DNA of 64,000 nt from Raja brachyura (Eukaryota), in contig OY740798.1 of the NCBI GenBank assembly GCA_963514005.1, forward strand, positions 51,646,001 through 51,710,000, written 5' to 3'. The position numbers were made by a program, and so were the translations under genes. Numbering within the stretch: position 1 is the first letter of the stretch; the number at the start of each line of letters is the position of its first letter. Below are positions 22,073-30,352 of this stretch, in pieces. The notes below the pieces were generated by a model. The model made no database searches. It was not told where the DNA came from and saw only the letters and a program-made list of their open reading frames with translations.

Positions 22073-22427
22073 GTTCTTGCTGTGAAACAAACACAACAAG
22101 AACCACCAACTTAAGGTAGCATACTTACCTGCGTGGTTCCCTTATGAAGGGCTGGCGAGGAGCACGCTCCTCCGTCAGCCGTCGCAGCAACGCGATACGA
22201 CGATATGTCGAGCATGCGCGCCGGCGGGCTCTTCACGAAGTCACTCACGTGACTCCGAAATGAAATTTAAGATGAAAGTCCTTCATTCTGCAACTTCAAG
22301 CAATGCCATCGCTACCAGTTACACTTTAAAATTAAAAGGTGAATATTGTTGCAGCAAAATCTGCAGCCACATCATACCATAAGACGGATGTGGAAAAGGC
22401 GCAGAAGAGGTTTATCAAAATGCTTAG

Positions 22428-22610
22428 GAAGGAACTGCAGATGCTGGTTTACACCGAAGATAGACACAAAATACTGGAGTAACTCAGTGGGACAGGCAGC
22501 ATCTCTGGAGAGGAGGAATGGGTGACATTTCGGATGGAGACCCTTCTTCAGTCCTTCTCTCCAGAGATGCTGCCTGTCTCACTGAGTTACTCCAGCATTT
22601 TGTGTCTTTT
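22428..22610. mobile_element. Short Penelope-derived fold-back element with a hammerhead-like core
   Basis: Arms 'gacacaaaatactggagtaactcagtgggacaggcagcatctctggagag' and 'ctctccagagatgctgcctgtctcactgagttactccagcattttgtgtc' are inverted; the minus strand has CTGAAGA-A-GGGT-CTCC-ATCC-GAAA. Confidence 0.7.
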
Positions 22611-22619
22611 TTATCAATA

Positions 22620-23905
22620 TATTGCTTGGTTTAGTGGGTTTCTGCTACAGGGAGAGGTTGGACCAACTTGAATTGTATTCTCTGGTACGCCAGAGTCTGA
22701 AGGGAGACCTGATAGAAGTATATAAAATAATAATGGGGTAGACAGTCAGAACCTTTTTCCCAGGGTGGAAATGTGAAAGACTAGAGGGTATAGCTTTAAA
22801 GGTGATGGGGGCTAGGTTTAACGGTGATGTGCAGGGCAAGTTTTCTACATGGGTACCTGGAACATGGAGGTACAATAGTGGCTTTCATGAAGCTTTTGAA
22901 TAGGCACAGGGAATGGAGGAATATGGATCACATGCAGGCAAAGGAGACTCGTTTATCAGTGCGTCAAGTTCAGCACAGACATTGTGGGCCGAAGGGACAG
23001 TCCCTGTAGTGTATTGTTGTTTGTACAGTAAACAGGCCCGTCGGGTCACCGAGTCCGCGCTGACCAGCGATCACCCCGTACCTTAGCACTATTCTACACT
23101 GGCGACTATTTACAATTTTACTGCAGCCAATTAACCGACTAACCTGTACGTCTTTAGAGCGTGGGAAGAAACCGGAGCACCCGGAAAAAACCTTTTCTAT
23201 TTTATATTTATATGTTGCACTACATTTCTACATTGGTTGATGCCGCATTGAAATCAGCCCTTCGGCCCTCCGAGTCCACGCCGGCCATCGATCACCCGTT
23301 CACACCAGTTCTATGTTATCCCACTTTCTCATCCACTCCCTACACACTAGGGACAATTTACAGAGGGACAATTACCCTACAAACCTGTACATCTTTGGGA
23401 TGTGGGAGGAAACCCACGCGATCACAGGGAGAACGTGCAAACTCCACACAGACTGCAGCCTAGGTCAGGATGGAACCCAGGACTGTGGTGCTGTGAGGCA
23501 GCAGCTCTACCCGCTGTGGCACTGTGCTGACTTCATGATTGATAAAAGAAGAATATTTTCAAAATGGCTGGATTCTGTACAGCACCAACTGTGCGAGATG
23601 CTGGATTCTATTCCACTTTTATTGCCAGCTGTACCGAGGCACAGGCGGCAGGGGCACAGCGCCAGAATCCTGCCTTTGATCCTGACTACGGGTGCTTTGT
23701 GTACAGAGTTTGTACACTCTACTTGTGATCGTGTGGCTTTTCCCAGGGTGCTCCAGTTTTCTCCCTCACTCGAAAGATGTGCAGATTTGAAGATTAATTG
23801 GCATCAATAAAAATTGTAAATTGTCACTAGTGTGCAGGACAGTGTTAGTGTACAGGGATTGCTGGTCGGTGCGGACACTCGCTGGGCCAAAGGGTCTGTT
23901 TCCAT
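22620..23905. mobile_element. CR1 3' fragment followed by SINE fragments in both orientations
   Basis: CR1 remnants ('ctgaagggagacctgatagaagtatataaaat', 'gggccgaaggg'); SINE motifs match 1-112 (minus at about 23030-23525, plus at about 23640-23905). Confidence 0.6.
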
Positions 23906-24075
23906 CCTTATAATAACAGTGGCCTTACATCAACATAAGGCTAGTTGTATTGGCTACAAAGCAATACAACTTCTCTCTCAAGAGTTCCACTTAAAACTAG
24001 CGGAATGCAGCAGACAAACTAGTGGGTGTAACGACAAATGGATGACTTATAACATGAGTCACTGATCTACACCAG

Positions 24076-24393
24076 CTTTGCCTCCTACCTTATCTCCTAT
24101 CACAAGTGATCCGGCTCCAAGGCTACTGAAAGTGAAGCAAGCTGATAATCTCTGTGTCTCCTTGACATCCTGTGTTCCTGCTCAAATCCAAGTCAAGTGG
24201 CTCCTAGATGGGAAGCTTTGCCAAGGAAGGTGTGAATGCTCTCCTGAGATCACAGATGATGGTTTGTTTTAATCTAATGTGAGCATAATGTTGGAGGCAG
24301 GAATAAATGATCACAGAGGTTGCATCAAATGTCAGGTGCTTCATGTGAAGACCGGAAACATTCAGGAGAAGGAATTCTAATTACTCTCTGAGG
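24076..24393 (+). pseudogene. Ig C1-set-like exon 5 with two in-frame stop codons
   Basis: CCAG acceptor (24075) and GAG G|GTGAAT donor. 318-nt phase 1-1 exon: ALPPTLSPITSDP...LTSCVPAQIQVKWLLDG...DDGLF*SNVSIML...IKCQVLHVKTGNIQEKEF*LLSE, with TAA at 24270-24272 and 24378-24380. Confidence 0.85.
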
Positions 24394-24509
24394 GTGAATC
24401 TTACTCTGTAGTGTTATGTTCAGCATGACATTTCATTAAAGTTAGAACTGCAATGCTGATGTTAGTGTAGAGATACAGCATGGAAACAAGCCCTTGGCCC
24501 ACTGTGTTA

Positions 24510-27500
24510 TCTCCGGTTTGCTTCCAGTTCCTCGTGCTGGCGAGAGCAGGAACAGGGAAATACGGGACCTGAATGTGTGGCTGAGGAACATTTGCAGGGG
24601 GCAGGGATTTAGATTCTTAGATCACTGGAATCTGTTTTGAAGTAAGGGGGAACTGTACAAAAGGGACGGATTGCATCTTAACCATATAACCATATAACAA
24701 TTACAGCACGGAAACAGGCCATCTCGGCCCTTCAAGTCCGTGCCGAACAACTTTTTTCCCTTAGTCCCACCTGCCTGCACTCATACCATAACCCTCCATA
24801 CCCTTCTCATCCATATGCCTATCCAATTTATTTTTAAATGATACCAACGAACCTGCCGCCACCACTTCCACTGGAAGCTCATTCCACACCGCTGCCACTC
24901 TCTGAGTAAAGAAGTTCCCCCTCATGTTACCCCTAAACTTCTGTCCCTTAATTCTAAAGTAATGTCCTCTTGTTTGAATCTTCCCTATTCTCAAAGGGAA
25001 AAGTTTGTCCACATCAACTCTGTCTATTCCTCTCATCATTTTAAAGACCTCTATCAAGTCCCCCCTTAACCTTCTGCGCTCCAGAGAATAAAGACCTAAC
25101 TTATTCAACCTATCTTTGTAACTTAGCTGTTGAAACCCAGGCAACATTCTAGTAAATCTCCTCTGTACCCTCTCTATTTTGTTGACATCCTTCCTATAAT
25201 TGGGCGACCAAAATTGTACACCATACTCCAGATTTGGTCTCACCAATGCCTTGTACAATTTTAACATTACATCCCAGCTTCTATACTCAATGCTCTGATT
25301 TATAAAGGCTAGCATACCAAAAGCTTTCTTTACCACCCTATCTATATGAGATTCCACCTTCAAGGAACTATGCACGGTTATTCCCAGATCCCTCTGTTCA
25401 ACTGTATTCTTCAATTCCCTACCATTTACCATGTACGTCCTATTTTGATTTGTCCTGCCAAGGTGTAGCACCTCACATTTATCAGCATTAAATTCCATCT
25501 GCCATCTTTCAGCCCATTTTTCCAACTGGCCTAAATCACTCTGTAGACTTTGGAAATCCTCTTTATTATCCACAACACCCCCTATCTTGGTATCATCTGC
25601 ATACTTACTAATCCAATTTACCACCCCTTCATCCAGATCATTGATGTACATGACAAACAACAAAGGACCCAACACAGATCCCTGAGGCACCCTACTAGTC
25701 ACCTGCCTCCAACCCGACAAACAGCCATCCACCATTACCCTCTGGCTTCTCCCATTCAGCCACTGTTGAATCCATCTTGCTATTCCTGCATTTATACCCA
25801 ACAGTTGAACCTTCTTAACCAACCTTCCATGAGGAACCTTGTCAAAGGCCTTACTGAAGTCCATATAGACAACATCCACTGCTTTACCCTCGTCAATTTC
25901 CCTAGTAACCTCTTCAAAAAATTCAAGAAGATTAGTCAAACATGACCTTCCAGGCATAAATCCATGTTGACTGTTCCTAATTAGACCCTGTTTATCCAGA
26001 TGCTTATATATATTATCTCTAAGTATCCTTTCCATTAATTTGCCCACCACTGAAGTCAAACTAACCGGTCTATAATTGCTTGGTTTACTTTTAGAACCCT
26101 TTTTAAACAATGGAACAACATGCGCAGTACGCCAATCCTCGGGGACTATTCCCGTTTCTAATGACATTTGAAATATTTTTGTCATAGCCCCGGCTATTTC
26201 TACACTAACTTCCCTCAATGTCCTAGGGAATATCCTGTCAGGACCTGGAGACTTATCCACTTTTATATTTTTCAAAAGTGTCAGTACTTCTTTTACTTTG
26301 AAACTCATAGTATCCATAGCTACTCTACTAGTTTCCCTTACCTCACATAATTCAATATCCTTCTCCTTGGTGAATACTGAAGAAAAGAAATTGTTCAATA
26401 TCTACCCCATCTCTTTTGGCTCTGCCGATAGCTGTCCACTCGGTCTCTCCAATGGACCAATTTTATCCCTTGTTATCTTTTTGCTATTAATATAGCTGTA
26501 GAAACCCTTTGGATTTACTTTCACCTTACTTGCCAAAGCAACCTCATATCTTCTTTTAGCTTTTCTAATTTCTTTCTTAAGATTCTTTTTACATTCCTTA
26601 TACTCCTCTTAACGGGTGGGGGACCAGCATTCTGGCCTGCAGGTTTGCCACTGCTACACGGGTGGTTTTAAACTGAATAAGGGGGGTGGGGTGTCAAATG
26701 GGATGGTCGAGGACAGAGTTAAAGGGAAAGAGAGTAAAGGGATGGTTAATGACCCCAGAATTAATGAGACAGGAAGCTCACAAAGGGATAGGAGAGTATG
26801 GCCAAGTGTAATAGGGATCGATGTGAAAGGTGAGTTGTGAAAGGAACTAAAAGTATTGTATATGAATGCGCAAAGTATAAGAAGTAAAGTAGATGAGCTT
26901 GAGGCTCAGTTGGAGGTTGGTAGATATGACATCGTGGGGATTACTGAGACGTGGCTGCAGGAGGATCGGGTCTGGGGACTTAATATTCAGGGTTATACAT
27001 CCTATAGGAAGGACAGGCAGGTGGGCAGATGGGGGGGGGGGGGGGGGGGGGGGGTAGCACTGCTGGTGAGGGATGGAATTCAGTCCCTTGCGAGGGAAGA
27101 CATAGGGACACGAGGTAGAGTCACTGTGGATTGAGTTGAGGAATTGTAAAGGCAAGAAGACACTAATTGGTGTTATTTACAGACTCCCAAATAGTAGCCC
27201 GGATGTAGGGTGTAAGTTGCAGCAGGAGTTACAACTGGCATGTAACAAAGATAATGCCACTGTGGTGATGGGGGATTTCAATATGCAGGTAGTCTGGGAA
27301 AATCAGGTTGGTTCAGGACCCCAAGAAAGAGAGTTGGTAGAGTGCCTCCGAGATGGATTCTTAGAGCAGCTTGTAATGGAGCCGACCAGAAAAAAGGCAA
27401 TTCTGAATTTAGTGTTGTCCAATGAACCAGATATGATTAGATAACTCGAGGTAAAGGAACCGCTTGGAGGTAGTGATCATAATATGATTTGTTTTAATCT

Positions 27501-27650
27501 GCAATTTGAGAAGGAGAACGTTAAATCGGAAGTGTCAATGATGCAGTTGTATAAAGGGGACTATTGAGGCATGAGAGGGGAGCTGGCCAAGGTAGACTCG
27601 AAAGGGATCCTAGCAGGAATGATGGTGGAACAGCAATGGCAGGAATTTCC
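24510..27650 (+). mobile_element. CR1 fragment (end of SGNH-esterase-like ORF1 + APE start of ORF2) interrupted by another CR1
   Basis: ...LYKRDGLHLN|GWGTSILA... is continuous across the insert; then YMNAQSIRSK, GITETWL, GGVALLV and GDFN. Confidence 0.8.
24683..26606 (-). mobile_element. Young 5'-truncated CR1 LINE with an open RT frame
   Basis: 545-aa ORF 24761-26398 (YMDFSKAFDKV, VPQGSVLGP, YADD); (CCATATAA)n tail; TCTTAAC target-site duplication at 24676-24682 and 26607-26613. Confidence 0.93.
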
Positions 27651-29266
27651 TTATATATCCTTACATATTCATTTAAGGTGAGGGGGTTTAATAGGAACTC
27701 GAGGGGTAACTTTCTCACACAAACGTTGCAATCAGAGGTAGTTGAGGCACGGGCTATTGCAACGTTTAAGAAACATTTAGACAGGTATTTGGATAGGATA
27801 GGTTTAGAGGGGTAAGGGCTAAATGCGGGCAGGTGGGTCTAGTGCAGATGCGGCATGTTGGTCGGAGAGGACAAGTTGGTCCAAAGGGCCTGTTTCCACA
27901 CTGTATGACTACGACTCTGTCTTTGGGATGTAGGAAGAAACCCGCACGTTCACAGGGGGGGAACGTGCAAACGCCACACAGACAGCACCCGGTGGTCAGG
28001 ATCGAAACCGGGTCTCTGGCGCCGCGCCACTGCGCCGACCCTTTCACTTCAAACTTTACACTAGATTGATTTGATTGTCTCACAACAAAGTTTCACGTTG
28101 AATAAATTAGTTTTATTTTTTTACTGGTGTTGAGAATAGATGATTTGGGATGTTCAGTTGTTTAAATCTGCTTGGGTGAGACACTTAGTCAAAGATCACT
28201 GAAACAGGCCCTTCGGCCCAACTTGCCGTTGTCAACCAAGGTGCCCCATCTAAACTAGTCCCACCTGCCCGTGATTGGCCCATTTCCATCAATCTATGCT
28301 TTTACTAAAACTCTCATCTTGACCACTTCCGGTCTGCGTTGTAATTAAATATGCGCAAAAACGATCCCCCATAGCGCTAACATTTTTCGCCACCTTACTC
28401 ACCGTTCTCCTCTGCTGCAAGTCAAATAAGTTTTGTCCCGATCGGTGAAATATTATAAAAGTTATTGGTCTGTTATTCGCCAGGACGGCGACACCCCTTC
28501 CGGCACTCGCTGTCAATCACCGGCCGCGAGAATAAAGCTGAGGGAGCGTTGTGAGCAGAGTGCGAGCTGTGTTCTGTGTTCTACGAGCGGGCGCCCACAC
28601 CACCCCTTCCCACATACACCCCCTCCCCTATCCCCACAACCCCCTCTCCTCTGCACCCCCCCCCACACCCCCCTCCCCTACACCCCACCTTCCCCTCAAC
28701 CACCCCCTCCCCCACACTCCCTCCTACCACACACGCCCCTCCTCACTACCACACCCCCCCCCATCCACACACCTCCCCTACTCCCACCCCCACCATCCCC
28801 CGTACCCCCCCACCCCCCCCCCCCCACCCATGAGGTTGGAGGAGGTGCAGGTAAACCTCTGCCTCTGCTTGGGTCCTTGGATGGAGTCGAGGGGGGAGGT
28901 AAAGCGACATTTGTAGCATTTCCTGTGGTTGCAAATGAAAGTACCAGAGGAAGGGGGTGATTTGTGTGGGAAGGGACGAATTGACCAGGGAATTGGTTCA
29001 GGTAGTCCTTGCTTTCGCCATCCTTCCCGTCCCCTTCACAGCTCTCCCACAGCCTACTCTCTCTGCCTCTTCCTTTTTTTCCCCTCCCCACCGCCCCACA
29101 TCAGTGTGAAGAAGGTCTCGACCCGAAACGTCCCCTATTCCTTCGCTCCATAGATGTTGCCTCACCCGCTGAGTTTCTCCAGCATTTTTGTCTACCGTCG
29201 GTTTTTCCAGCATCTGCAGTTCCTTCTTAAACATCAGGTTTAATTAAGCTCTTTTTTATTCTGCAG

Positions 29267-29311
29267 GTTTTGACAAAATAGAAAATGAAGTCAATGAAAA
29301 TGTCGATAAAG
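29267..29311 (+). CDS. 45-bp micro-exon, copy 1 (GFDKIENEVNENVDK)
   Basis: CTTTTTTATTCTGCAG acceptor and AAG|GTAAAA donor; only the phase-1 frame is open. Confidence 0.75.
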
Positions 29312-29399
29312 GTAAAAGTCTTCATTTCCAATAGTTACTGTATTTTGAATGTTTGCTTCAAGTAGAAATTTAGATCATTACACATGATCCAAATGTTCT

Positions 29400-30085
29400 C
29401 AAAACACAAAGCATCTGGGTATTCAATTATCTGGATATTCAAATTACTAGAAAATATAAATCTTTATTCAATGCAAACTATATGCCCTTACTTACTAAAT
29501 TAAATGCTTTGATTACATTTTGGAAACACTATTGATGTCTTTAATAGGCAGAATAAATGCCATAAAAATGATTTTTCTGCCACAAATCTTATATCTATTT
29601 CAATCAATACCAATATATTGACCTACATTTTTTTTTAAACTTGACTCTGATATCACAAATTTCATATGGGACTATAAGTACTTGTTGGACAATTCTGCCC
29701 AGCAGGTAGATTGGATAGCAATGGAGAGAGAGGACTGCTCTCCTTTTAATATAGGAGCGATCCTTCTCTCACCGATAAAACTGAATAATATAATATACAA
29801 GAAAAATCCAATTATTCATCGTACAATACGAACGAGGAGACAAATAAAATCAACTTTCAAATTAAGAAATCTATCACGTCGCTCTCCTATTGTTAATAAT
29901 CCGCCGTTTAAACCATCTACTGTCAATAAAATGTTTACACACTGGGAAAGAATAGAAATATTTTTTACAAAAGTATTTAAAACAGAAAAGACCCCCATTG
30001 CAGAATTGATTATCTTTGGAACAATGGAGACCTGCTCTGAGCTGACTTCGTTCCAAGAGAGTTTCCTTAACTATGGCTTAATAAC
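29400..30085 (+). mobile_element. Decayed L1-type LINE ORF2 fragment (repeated in each array unit)
   Basis: Translates as YLDIQIT...NYMPLLTKL...SLIGRINAIKMIFLPQILYLFQSIPI...ITNFIW, typical of the region downstream of the RT core in L1-clade elements. Confidence 0.75.
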
Positions 30086-30352
30086 GAGAGGACAAGTTGG
30101 TCCAAAGGGCCTGTTTCCACACTGTATGACTACGACTCTGTCTTTGGCATGTAGGAAGAAACCCGCACGTTCACAGGGGGGGGAACGTGCAAACGCCACA
30201 CAGACATCACCCGGTGGTCAGGATCGAAACCGGGTCTCTGGCGCTGCGCCGCTGCGCCGACCCTTTCACTTCAAACTTTATACTAGATTTATTTCATTGT
30301 CTCATTCACAACAAAGTTTCACGTTGAATAAATTAGTTTTATTTTTTTACTG

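Larger units (their letters stand above)
16959..22263 (-). mobile_element. DIRS1-type tyrosine-recombinase retrotransposon, copy B (apparently intact, 5.3 kb)
   Basis: Three uninterrupted overlapping ORFs; left ITR at about 22204-22263; right ITR plus extension at 16959-17064; ICR at about 17178-17290. Flanked by AAT (ATT on the element strand) at 16956-16958 and 22264-22266. Confidence 0.97.
11555..22338 (+). pseudogene. Ig C1-set-like exon 4, split into three pieces (11555-11718, 16862-16958, 22267-22338) by two DIRS insertions
   Basis: Acceptor TTTTCTCCAG (11554) and donor AAAG|GTGAAT (22339). The joined pieces (164+97+72 = 333 nt, phase 1-1) are open: ASCPELTAIEVDPLCPEMGKEVTLSCKAYGFYPEGNSIFWFKGIQQIVGLLEPGI/TLEPTKQDTKNGCYSRLSKWKFTPAADDHGRE/FKMKVLHSATSSNAIATSYTLKLK. 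Confidence 0.9.

Noticed and set aside
11719-22263. Single palindromic element or assembly fold-back artefact
   Set aside because: The arms differ by many substitutions and indels, each has its own ATT junctions, and the spacer is unique in-frame exon sequence.
2172-24393. Assignment as IgM/IgW/IgNAR, TCR or MHC gene
   Set aside because: No V/D/J segments, RSS, secretory tail or peptide-binding-domain exons were seen, and the domain sequences are not recognisably those genes; no symbol given.
28290-28590. Possible Helitron-like fragment or minus-strand exon (GTGAGT donor) in the 1.2-kb module
   Set aside because: Resembles a dispersed repeat 5' end (TCTAT..TTACTAAAA), but no diagnostic 3' hairpin/CTAG end or matching acceptor could be established.
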